Shown here piece after piece: positions 47,546 to 64,000 of a stretch of 64,000 nucleotides of DNA. The notes below the pieces were generated by a model, which saw only the letters and a list, made by a program, of their open reading frames with translations, was not told the DNA's origin and ran no database searches. Positions within the stretch are counted from its first letter, which is position 1. Each line of letters opens with the position of its first letter. Position numbers and translations under genes: made by a program. The stretch comes from the human T2T-CHM13v2.0 reference genome, Homo sapiens. The DNA is taken from assembly GCF_009914755.1 (NCBI RefSeq), contig NC_060936.1; one strand, given 5' to 3'.

Positions 47546-48837
47546 GTAAACGAATGAGTGCTTTTCTTAAGTGTCTGCTTTTCAGTTAACAGTGTCTGTC
47601 TCTAAAAAAAAAAATAATAACAACAAAAAATAGCAAAACCACTTCTAAGCCCTTTATCTTTTGCCAGAAAAACACAGCTACCTAGGCCCCCTGGGTAACA
47701 GATGCCAGAGCCTTTGAAGAGGCCCTCAGAGTAGTTTCCTGCTCTTCTTAATTTTATTTTTCCTTTTCTTGGTTTGGTTGCACAAAATAATTACAATGAC
47801 ACTTGTTAATATGAACTACTTATCATTTATGCCTTGTTATCATGCAGTACAATAATAATTACAGCTATCATTAAATGTATGTCTAACTTTATTATGTGTT
47901 ATTTGATTAGAACTCTAAATTCTGTTCACTGACATTCATATTTCATAATTTATTGCTCAAGTGGCATGATCGTTCACTCATAACTTTTTTAAAATTAAGA
48001 GAAGCATTAATTAAGAGGCCAGGTTCTAGTCCCAACCTGATTATAATTAGCTGTGTGATTTGGGGCAATTCACTTAGTCTTTTTGAGTCTCAGTTTCTTC
48101 AGATATAAGATGAAGTGATTGAGTTAGAAGGCCATGCATCTCTAAAATTCCACAGTGTTATAATTACACTATTATTGAGCATTCTTTAACGTTATTAAGG
48201 CCCATTTTAACCTTATACAACTTCAAAAAAACTACTATAAAAGCTGATTATGCTTTGTTCACTCAGCACCATATCCGTCCTAAGCATCATTCCCGGCATT
48301 TCAAAAACAGTCCCATTTACTCTTCTTAACAAACCTATGAAGTAGATACAATTGTCCATAAGAAAACTGTGGCTTAGAGCTCCCTAACTCAGCGATGCTG
48401 GAATCCAGATAGCTGCACTCTACTCGATTCCAAAGTCTGTGTACTTCAAACTACGTTGCGATGCCCCTAAAGCAATTCTGAATGACGTAATTGAGTTAAG
48501 AGTGATGTCAACCTGCCCCACATTTGAAATACACCTTACGGTGTGTGTGTATTTTTCATCCTCCCTCCCCTCCTTCTGTTTCTCCTGCTTCTCTTCCTTC
48601 TTCTTTAGCTAAATTTCCTTACAATTTGATTTTTAATTATCTGCTTCTTTCTCATAAAATAAAAATTTAGAGTGGCTACAAATATTTCTGTTACTAGAAT
48701 TAATTGGTTGTTGGAATACCCAATAAATTCAAATTTTTTGATTTGTCCTGTATGTTAAAATATCCTATAATGACTTATAATCTGTATGCAGACAGAGAAC
48801 TCAGTATAGTGTGGTACATGGGCTTAAGAGCTAGACA

Positions 48838-48970
48838 AATGGTGCATCTCTGTGGTCCCAGCTACCTGGGAGGCTGAGGCAGGAGGATTGCTTGAGCTCA
48901 GGAGTTGGAGACAGCTTGAGCAACGCAGTAAAATCCTATCTCTAAAAACGAAAAACAAAAAAGAAAAAGA
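48838..48970 (+). mobile_element. FLAM-type Alu monomer
   Basis: single old arm with A-tail. Confidence 0.75.
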
Positions 48971-49088
48971 AAGTTCAAATACTAGGGCTTTTCTGCTGGT
49001 GAAGAGCTCTGTGGCTTGGCGGTTAGTTACTGAACTTTTCTGGTTAAATTTACTCAGCAGGTAAATAGATGCAATAGTGCCTTCCTTA

Positions 49089-49436
<348 letters not shown>

Positions 49437-49468
49437 CTACAACAATCAGAGCTGACATTTATTCATTA

Positions 49469-50095
<627 letters not shown>

Positions 50096-50099
50096 GAAA

Positions 50100-50350
50100 T
50101 CAGGTAGTGTGCCAAATATTTTATTGTATTATCTAATAAATCCTCACAACTACATATAAACTGAGTCTTAGTTTATATAAGCTGAGTCATATATTCTACA
50201 TATAAACTGAGTTATTGGTCCCATTTTTTACAAACAGATGACAAAACTAAGACACAGCATAATTAAGTCACTTGCCCAGGTCATGCGGGTAGAGAGTGGC
50301 AGGGCCCAGATTTCCACCTAGGCAGTCTATCTTCAGGACCTAAACTCAAA
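50100..50350 (-). mobile_element. MIR
   Basis: cagatgacaaaactaagacacagcataattaagtcacttgcccaggtca core. Confidence 0.75.
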
Positions 50351-50864
50351 GAATGGCATCTGACACAGAAGCAAACTTCAATAAAAATTTATTTCCTTCA
50401 CTTTTATAAATGTTTTAAGAGATTTGCAATAAGAAACTGGTTAACACATTGTTTACTGAGGTGAACTTGATTTCCAACCTTAAAAGTTATATACATTTTG
50501 TAGGGAATATTGTATCCGAATGTTAGAAAGTATAGAATGACCCACTTCAAGTAAAAAAGCTTTAAATAAGGTCTGTTTTAAATAGCATGCCCTAGAGTAT
50601 TCACCACAAAATTGCCAACAATTTATCAAGTGGGCTATGAGTGTGTGTGTGAGTGTGTGTGTATATGAGAGAGACAGACAGAGAGAGCATCTCACCCACT
50701 GATTTGTTCTTCTGACATTTGGTAAATAAACTCTTGCTGTTGCCTTTGTCTTTTATACCAAATAATTAAATAATTTAGTTTGAAATGAATTCTTGAGCTT
50801 GAAAGCCATCAGGGTTAGTCACATTTTTAGGGGAAAATATTTAGGCATCTGAGACCCTTATTAG

Positions 50865-51275
<411 letters not shown>

Positions 51276-51861
51276 TGAGGAGGGAGAGAGAGGGTAGAGA
51301 GGTAGAGAAGAGAAGGACTTGAAAAGGAGAGGAAGAAGGAAAAAAGCTTCAAGCTAAGGCAAAAGGATCTAGCCATATATATCCAAGACAATAAGGAGAA
51401 TATCTGTCTTAGAGATGTCTATTAAATACTTTAAAGATAAAAAGAAATGAAACACCTTACTGAGACAAGAACACAGTGTTCATCTATTTATTATATATAT
51501 TAAAATTCATGTCAATATTCTGTAGCTCTGAGGATGAAAGAACAAACCAATCTATTCCTGCAAATGAGAAGGGAAAGTAAGTTGTCTTATGGAAATAAAA
51601 CGCATTGCTTCAGTAGGAATTGGGGAGGAAGTCTGCAGGCTTGTGGATGCGGAACACTGGACAAGCAATGTTATTAATATGTGATGGCGCAAGTAGTAGG
51701 GCAAAGGGTGCTCCTTCTAGTCAGAAATCACTGGTTCTCGGCTTTGGCTCAGCCCTGCTATTTAAGTTTCTATGTGCTTCAGGAAAAATTATTCTTTTAA
51801 TTCAATATAAATGATGATACAACCACAATTAGGCTACATTGTGCATTTAAGATTCTTAATT

Positions 51862-52260
51862 AGGCCAGTCACAGTGGCTCAGGCCTGTAATCCCAGCACT
51901 TTAGGAGGCCTAGGTAGGAGGATCCCTTGAGCCCAGGAGTTTGTGACCAGCCTGGGCAACATAGGAAGACCTCTATCTCTACAAAAAAAAAAAAAAATCA
52001 AAAATTAGCTGGTCAAGTTTGTTCAAGTGTTGTATCAAAAAAATAAAATAAAATTTAAAAAAATGTTTTAATTAAAAGATTAGCTGGATGTACACACCTA
52101 TACTCTTAGCTGATAGCACAAGCCTATAGTCTCAGCTTCTCAGGAGGCTGAGGTGGGAAGATTGCTTGAGCCTGGGAGGTTGAGACTGCCGTGAGCCATG
52201 ATCACACCACTGCACTCCAGCCCAAGTGACAGAGCAGGACCTGTCTCAAAAATAAAATAA
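51862..52260 (+). mobile_element. AluJ with rearranged middle
   Basis: dimer with extra A-rich sequence between two copies of attagctgg. Confidence 0.88.
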
Positions 52261-52420
52261 TTAATTTAGGAAAACAATGCAAATAAAATATCAGCCACAT
52301 AATTTCTTTCCATTTCTATTTGACTTTGTCATCAGTATATCCAAGACGAATTGAGGCTAAACATATATATTTCAAGTATGGTAATTTGCTCTATGTTTGA
52401 GGCAAATAAGAAAAGATGCA

Positions 52421-52715
<295 letters not shown>

Positions 52716-54013
52716 TAATAATTTTTTAAAAAGAAGAGATGTAGATAGTGAATTCCTTGCTAATTGGTCCTTTCTCTTGGAGTTATTCCTCATGTTCTAG
52801 AGAAAAAGTATGTATAAAATTGTGGAAATATGGAAGTTCATCAGACTGGAGAGTGTATTAGTAGAGAACAAAATAAAAATTCTCAAAAATTACACAGGAT
52901 ACATTCTCAATTTCATCTTCTTGACTAAAGTTAGATACTAAAAAATTAAAATGCTAATTACAGTGGGATTCAACAGCAGGGAGGAGGAGAAAGTAACCAA
53001 AACTGATCACAATTTTATTTTCATTTAAATCACTTTGTTAATTGGGTTAGACTCCTACTGCTAAAAGGGGGAGGACTACAGAAGATTAGTTTATTTTTAG
53101 CTTGTTGCTATAAAACTCTTCTGTGCTTCTTTCAGCTCAGAGTCAAAAGAAGAGTAAATGTTTTCGAAAGTAACAGAACGTTAAGGTTGCACATTGGCAT
53201 CTTTGTTCTAATGAACAGAGTGTGATTTGAAGATGGCAAACTTGGGTTTTGTACCATAACTAGCTCCAAAGCTTCTGGCTTATATAGGAGCAAGTTTTGC
53301 CTTTCCCATTGGTAATGTGTTGTGGTTGAGCTGTTAACAATACTAAAGCATATACTACATCCTTATATATATCAATTTCAAACTATTTACCTGCTCACTG
53401 TGTTTTTTTCTTCCATAAATAATGCACAAGAGAGTAAAGTATATGGAAGCCTTTTATTTTTCCATTAACATAAACAAAAAGGTGGGTGAGGTGGGTGACC
53501 CACCTACCTCAGCCTCCCAAAGTGCTGAGATTACAGACGTGAGCCACCACGCCCAGCCCTTTTGTGTTGTTCTTATTGTTCTCCTTGTCTCTATTCTGTG
53601 TGATAAGGTCCTCCAAGGTGCTGTCTATCCTTATTCCATCCTTGATTACTCCCCAGGACCAACCTTCAATGTCTTCCGCACAGTATACATTCAATAAATT
53701 TTGCTGTCATTTTTCTTTTTTTTAAAAAAAAAAGGAATTACACTACCTTACAGATAAGGAAATAGAAAAATAGCAAGACTTGTCCAAGGTCACACAGGTA
53801 GTAAAGGAGAAAGTGGCAATTTGCAATGCTGTATTATGGTCTTTGTCATTTCATTAAATGGGCCAATAAAATTATCCCCACCATTAAGTGACTTTATCAG
53901 ATAACCTTAAGTGGAAGTTCCTAGATTTGGCTGGCTACACATGTGACCTCAGGCCATTCATTGTAAAGCCACAAATCTCATAGTCTCCGAGGTCACTAAG
54001 AGCTTTATTTCCT

Positions 54014-54364
<351 letters not shown>

Positions 54365-54798
54365 TCACTAGAAATGATCAGCACAGGGATTTACTATTTA
54401 CTCAGATTTGCTTCGAGCATGATGTCAGTTGTCACAAGGTGGATGGGGCTGGGCTGCTCTAACCAGTATTTGGTGGAAGACTTCCAAAAAGTCCAGGTAA
54501 TGCAGGAACTGGCAGGTGAGTCACTGTTAGTAGCCCGCACTAGGAAAGAGACCAAGCTGGAGTAACATGATCCCAGGGAATTGCAAAACAAGCCAAATTT
54601 GGCTTTTTCTCTCATCTACTCTTCTCTGTGCTGCCTCCCTGGTCCTGCTCCTCAAACTGCAGACCTGGTCATTACCATTCTTAGCTTCCTCATGCTCAAA
54701 CTCTCTCTCCTGATTCTTCAGGCCCAGATATTAAGCTGATATTAAAAATTAAAACAAAAAAGGTCTTATTCTTGGCAAGTCAATTTCTTCTTTGCTAG

Positions 54799-55094
<296 letters not shown>

Positions 55095-55169
55095 CCTCAC
55101 TTCCCTATAGGCTTTAGAGCTAATGCCCCTGTTTTAATTCCCTAATCCAAAAATACCAAATACAGTTCA

Positions 55170-55622
<453 letters not shown>

Positions 55623-55798
55623 TCATTTCTGACCTCATAGGAAGTGCTTGCAATGGTAGGAATCTCCCAGACAGGCAGAAGAAAAGGATCTACCATAGCA
55701 GTCCCCTATGACCGATGCAGTAAAGGAAGTCAGACTATGTGGCATTCTGCAAATTGTGTAATTTAAGAAGCTTTAAACTCTACCATGTGCAGAGATAG

Positions 55799-56178
<380 letters not shown>

Positions 56179-56415
56179 TAAAAAGTACTGTTCTATTTTT
56201 ATATTATTTCATTGTTTTGTTCAAAAGTAAAGGTTGGAGCTATATCTTTTGTTCCTAGTTATAAATTGGCTAATTACTTACTGTCTTCTTTTCTCTGTAG
56301 AGTCCCAACTAGACACATTATTTTAAATTTCCCTTTCTAAAAACAATGTTATCTAATGTCATCACCTAGCTACTACATACCACCAAGCTGAAAATACCAG
56401 AAGAATTGAAAAGCA

Positions 56416-56692
56416 GCTGGGTGCAGTGGCTCATGCCTGTAATCCCAGCACTTTGGGAGGCGGAGGCGGGTGGATCACAAGGTCAGGAGATTGAGACCAT
56501 CCTGGCTAACACGGTGAAACCCCGTCTCTACTAAAAAATACAAAAAATTAGCTGGGCGTGGTGGGGGGCGCCTGTAGTCCCAGCTACTCGGGAGGATGAG
56601 GCAGGAGAATGGCGTGAACCAGAAGGCGGAGCTTGCAGTGAGCCGAGATCACACCACTGCACTCCAGCCTGGGAAACAGTGAGACTCCGTCT

Positions 56693-56729
<37 letters not shown>

Positions 56730-56742
56730 AAACAAAAAAAAA
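56416..56742 (+). mobile_element. AluY-type with long A-tail
   Basis: TSD aagaattgaaaagca. Confidence 0.95.
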
Positions 56743-57548
56743 ACCACAAAGAATTGAAAAGCAATCTTGATTTACCATGTAGTTACAGAAATATTAAATA
56801 TTTGAGAAACAAATGACATCATTTCTTGAGAAAATTAGGGTATAAAAAAGTGCTCTATTTTACAGAACTGATGTGTTTCCAAGCAAGACCAGGAGCTACA
56901 TTTTCATAAAAAGACATAAAATTTGCATTTGTTTTCTATTTAGTTTGCAGTGGTGCTGGAGAGACCACTGAAAATGGCAGAACAGCTACTATTGCCAATG
57001 TTCTTGTGGCCACTGCTGAGAATTTTGTCCTTGTCGTTAAAGAGGAAGCTGCTTCCAAGACTGTTCTCTAGAGCTTGACTAAGTAACCACTGTCAGTGTA
57101 TTAAAACCACATTACCAGCACAGGGGAGCTCCCTGCCTCCACTGTCAGAGCTACCACAGTCACCATGTGCTATAGTTTGGATCTGTGTCCCTGCCCACAT
57201 TTCATGTCAAATTTTAATCCCCAGTGTTGGAGATGGAGCCTGGTGGGAGGTGATTGGATCACTGAGATGGTCCTTCTTGAATGGTTAGCACCATCCCTTT
57301 GGTGCTGTTCTCATGATAGAGTTCTCGTGAGATCTGGCTGTTTAAAAGTGTGTGGCACCTCCCCTCTCTCGCTCTTGGTCCTGCACCTGCCATGTAAGAT
57401 GCCTGCTCCCACTTTGCCCTCTGGCACCATGATTGTAAGTTTCTTGAGGCCTCCCCAGAAGGAGATGCTTCATTGCTTCCTGTATAGCCTGTGGGACCAT
57501 GAGCCAATTAAACCTCTTTTCATTACAAATTAACCAGTCTCAGGTATT

Positions 57549-58457
<909 letters not shown>

Positions 58458-59106
58458 CCAGCTCAAGGATTTCCTTATAGCAATGTGAGAATGGACTAAT
58501 ACAGAAAAGTGGTACTGAGGAGTAGGGCATTGCTATAAAGATAACTAAAAATGTGGAAATGGCTTTGGGACTGGGTAATGGGAAGAGGTTGGAAGAGTGT
58601 GGAGGGCTCAGAAGAAGACAGGGAGGTGAGGGAAAGTTTGGAACTTACTAGAGACTTGTTGAATGATTGTGACCAAAATGCTGATGGTGATATGAACAGA
58701 GATGGCCAAGCTGATGAGTTCATGAGTTCTCAGATGGAGATGAGGAACTTATTGGGAACTGGGGCAAAGGTCACTTTTGTTACACCGTGGCAAAGAGCTT
58801 GGTTGGATTGTGCCCCCGTCTAGGGATCTGTGGAACATTGAACTTGAGAGTGATGACTTAGAGTATCAGACAGAAGAAATTCCTAAGAAGCAAAGTGTTC
58901 AAGATATGGCCTGGCTGCTTCTAACAACCTATGCTCATGTGCATAAGCAAAGAAATGACATAAACTCAAAGTTACATTTCAAAGCAAGGCAGAGCATAAA
59001 AGTTTGAAAAATTTGCCTCTGAGCCATGTGGTAGAAAAGAAAAGCCCATTTTCAGGGGAAGAATTCAAGCCAGCTGCAGAAATTTACATAAGTAAAAAGA
59101 AGCCAA

Positions 59107-59380
59107 GGCCGGGCACAGTGACTCACACCTGTAATCCCAGCACTTTGGGAGGCTGAGGTGGGCAGATCACATGGTCAGGAGTTTGAGACCGGTCTGGCCA
59201 GCATGGTGAAACCCCGTCTCTACTAAAAATACAAAAAATTAGCTGGGTGTGGTGGCACATGCCTGTAGTCCCAAGCTACTTAGGAGGCTGAGGCAAGAGA
59301 ATTGCTTGAACCTGGGAGACGGAGGTTGCAGTGAGCTGGGATTGTGCCACTGCACTCCAGCCTGGGTAACAGAGCGAGAG
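59107..59380 (+). mobile_element. tail-less Alu in the MSTA internal region
   Basis: dimer ends agagcgagag and runs straight into MST internal sequence; no A-tail or TSD. Confidence 0.9.
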
Positions 59381-59958
59381 AGACCTTCACTGTAGCCCCT
59401 CCCATCACAGTCCCAGAGGCCTAGGAAGGAAGAATGGTTTCCATGGGCCAGGTCCAGTGCCCTGCTGCCCTGAGCAGCCTCACAGCCTCGGGACACTGCT
59501 TCCTGCATCCTGGCTGCTCCGGCTCCCACAGTGGCTAACAGGGAACCAGGTTAAGCTCACACTGCTGCTTCAGAGGGTGCAAGCCGTAAGTCTTGGTGGA
59601 TTCCACATGGTGTTAAGCCTGCAGGTATACAGAATGCAAGAGTTGAGGCTTGGGAGCCTCTGCCTAGATTCCAGAGGATGTATGGAAAAGCCTGCATGTC
59701 CAGGCAGAAGCTTGCTGCAGGGGTGGACCCCTCATAGAGAACCTCTGCTAGGGAAGTGTGGAGGGAAAATGTGGTGTTGGACCTCACACACAGAGTTCCC
59801 ATTGGGGCACTGCCTCACGGAGCTGTGAGAAGTGGACTGCCATCCTCCAGACCACAGAATGGTGGATCCACCAGCAGCTTGCACTGTGCACCTGGAAAAA
59901 CAAGGCACCCAATGCCAACTCGTGAGTGCAGCCATGGGGGCTGAACTTTCTATTTTAA

Positions 59959-60093
<135 letters not shown>

Positions 60094-62444
60094 TGAAAAT
60101 GGACTAATATAGAAAAGTGGTACTGAGGAGTAGGGCACAAAGCCTTGGGCATAGCTGTCAAGGCTTTAGCAGCCCACCCCTTGTACCACTGTGCTCTTCA
60201 TGTGAGACATGGAGTCAAAAGAGATTATTTTGGAGCTTTAAGATTTAATGACTGCCCTGTTGCGTTTTGGGCTTGCCTGGTGCCTGTAGCCCCTTTCTTT
60301 TGACTGATTTATCCCTTTTGGAATGGGAGTATTTACCCAATACCTATATCTGCATTGTATCTTGAAGGTAACTAACTTGTTTTTTATTTTACAGTTTCAT
60401 AGGCAGAAGGGACTTGCCTTGTCTCAGATGAAACTTTGGACTTTTGAGTTAATGCTGAAATGAGTTAAAATTAGGGGACTGTTGGGAAGGCATGATTATA
60501 TTTTGCAATATGAGAAGGACATGAGATTTGGGAATGGCCAGGGGTGGAATGATATGGTTTGACTCTGCATCCATATCCACAGGCAAGTCTCATGTCAAAT
60601 TGTAATCCCCAGTGTTGGAGGTGGAGCCTGGTGGGAGGTGGCTGGACCATGGAGATGGTCCTTCCTGAATGGTTTAGCACCATACTTTTGGTGCTGTTCT
60701 CATGATAGAGTTCTCATGAGATCTGGCTGTTTACAAGTTTGGGGCACCTCCTCTCTTTCTCTCTCTCTCTCTCTTGTTGCTGCTCTTATCATGTAAGATG
60801 CCTGCTCCCACTTTGCCTTCTGCCATGATTGTAAGTTTCTTGAGGCTTCCCCAGAAGCAGATGCTGCCATGCTTCCTGTACAGCCTGTGGAACCATGAGC
60901 CAATTAAACCTCTTTTCTTTATGGATTCCCCAGTCTCAGGTATTTCCTTTATAGCAATGTGAGAGCAAACTAATCACCATGTCACCTGAGATGTCACCCG
61001 TATAGCCACTAGAGGAGCCAAGGCCAGCACAAGAAAACTTGGAAAGTAGAAAAATGTGTCTTCACTACTGACCTGTATTATCTAAAAAAAAGACTAATTT
61101 CTGTGAGAGTGGAAACCATGTCATTCTTACTCACTGTTGCATCCTTAATTTGGATATGTATAGTATATGCAAGAATGCAAGAGTTGGGATTACAATTTGA
61201 CATGAGATTTGGTCATGTATGTGTATTGCACGAATGCAAGAGTTGAGGCTTCGAAGTCTCATAGTACATAGCAGGTACTCAAGAAACCATTGTTGAATGT
61301 GTAGATGATAGATGCATAGCTGGATAGCTAGATACGTAAACAAATGGATGTTGTTCCCTCCACGTGCCTTATGTTAACATGTTGGCGTAAAACAAACAAC
61401 AAACCTCCAGATGGCTGCATTCAAGGGGAACATCTGATAGTTTGACACAGGAAGTAACTATCAAGTGAATGAAATTTTTTTTTTTAGTAACAGGAGAAGC
61501 CTTTTTGATGTGGCGCTCAACCTGAAAGTTGTTTTCTTCCTGTCAGGGTTAGGGTAGTATGGCACTTTGAAGACAGAGAAAATAAATTCCTGGGTATTAG
61601 CTGGCAGCTCTAGAAATCAGCACTGGTGAATTTTCCTTGGAGAATGGTTTCTCACATTTCAGTAAAATTTGGATCTGCCCAGTATCAAATAGAAAGGGAA
61701 TAGCTAGACCTATACAAACACAGTTCATAAAGAATCTCAACCTAAAGTCTCAGGGTAGAGATGAGGGGTTGAACCACAGGGTTCAGCCCCCGCAGCTGCT
61801 CTCATAGGTTGGCACTGGGTGCCTGTGGCTTTTCCAGATGCATTTTTTTTAAATATCAGTAAACACTGGAACCTAAAGTCTCATTATGAAATCACGTTAG
61901 ACTCCATTGTCTATACATGATTTAGCAACCCTGATAAAGTTAGTACTCTAGGATGGATAAGTGAGATGGGAGATGGGGTGGAACTGGGTATAAAACATTT
62001 TGAAGCAAAAACAAAGTTTCAGCAAATAGTGTTGAACTAAAAGAGTTCTTTCATAAGTGTTTTTAGCTATAGTTTTTACTGGTATGTCAGACTGAAATAT
62101 AGGACAGAAGCAGCTTTCTTGAGGTATAATTTACATACCATAAAATTCACCTGTTAAGTGTACACCTCAGTGATTTTAGTAAGTTTATGCAGTTGTGCAA
62201 CCACCACTACAATCCAATTTTCAAACATTTCTATTACCCCCAAAATTTCTCTTGCACACATTTGCAGTCAATTCCCAGTCTCATCCTAAGCCCCAGGGAA
62301 TTACTATTCTGCTTTTTGTCTCTGTGGATTTAAATTTTCTAGAAATTTCACATAAATAGAATCATGCAAGATATAGTCTTTTGTGTCTGTCTCCTTTTGT
62401 TTCTCATACTGTTTTTGAAGTTCACCTGTGTGAACAAACTACTG

Positions 62445-62869
<425 letters not shown>

Positions 62870-63344
62870 TAATGCTTTTATAAACATTTTTATACAAGTC
62901 TTAGCATGAGTATATATACATTTCTTTATTTTCTCAGGTAGACCTGTAGGAAATAAATTGCTGGGTCACATGCTAAATTTATGTTTAACTTTTTAAGATA
63001 TTGCCAAAGTGGCTGCACCTTTTCACATTCTTGTGGTAATGTGCATTCCAGTTCCTCCATACACATGCATTCCAGTTTCTCCACATCTCCTATATTGCTA
63101 TAGTCAGTCGAACAGTGGTATTTCATTATGACTTTTAATTTGCATTTCCCAAACCAAAGATGTTGAGGATCTTTTCATATGTTCATTAGCCATTCATATA
63201 GCTTTTTTGTGTGAAATATCTGTCAAATCTTCTGCCCTTTTGTTAATAGGGTAATTTGTCTTCTTATTAGTTATAAGTGGTATTTTTTACTCTTGATACA
63301 AGTGTTTCATCAGATATATGATTTGCAAATATCTTCTTTTAGTC

Positions 63345-63951
<607 letters not shown>

Positions 63952-64000
63952 TTGTTTTTTTATTCTCTTAATTGTACCTTTTGAAGAGCAAAGGTTTTTA

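Noticed and set aside
56930-57090. possible exon (pyrimidine tract-AG ... AA|GTAACC)
   Set aside because: Weak splice sites and no recognisable peptide; needs transcript data.

Overview
Primate (most likely human) intergenic DNA, AT-rich and dense in repeats, with roughly 50 Alu copies or fragments. I found no spliced host protein-coding gene. Main landmarks: (1) a complete 7.75-kb LTR2-flanked Harlequin/HERV-E-type mosaic provirus (9773-17524, + strand) with a tRNA-Glu primer-binding site, a gag matrix remnant, two different env remnants and a pol fragment; (2) a full-length processed RPSA (40S ribosomal protein SA/laminin receptor) copy with an uninterrupted 295-aa ORF, inserted antisense into an L1MA-type LINE with a 16-bp target-site duplication (TSD); (3) a full-length MSTA MaLR element (57168-60976) interrupted by Alus, with several short patches copied from it lying inside and just downstream; (4) many L1, L2, MIR, MLT1, MER1B, MER5A and MER119-like relics and microsatellites. 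I see no convincing new biological system. The best leads are the intact RPSA retrocopy, the in-frame junctions of the mosaic provirus, a set of templated-insertion scars and one unexplained 92-nt hairpin. Repeat subfamily names come from recalled consensus sequences and need Dfam/RepeatMasker confirmation. Boundaries of old repeats are approximate.
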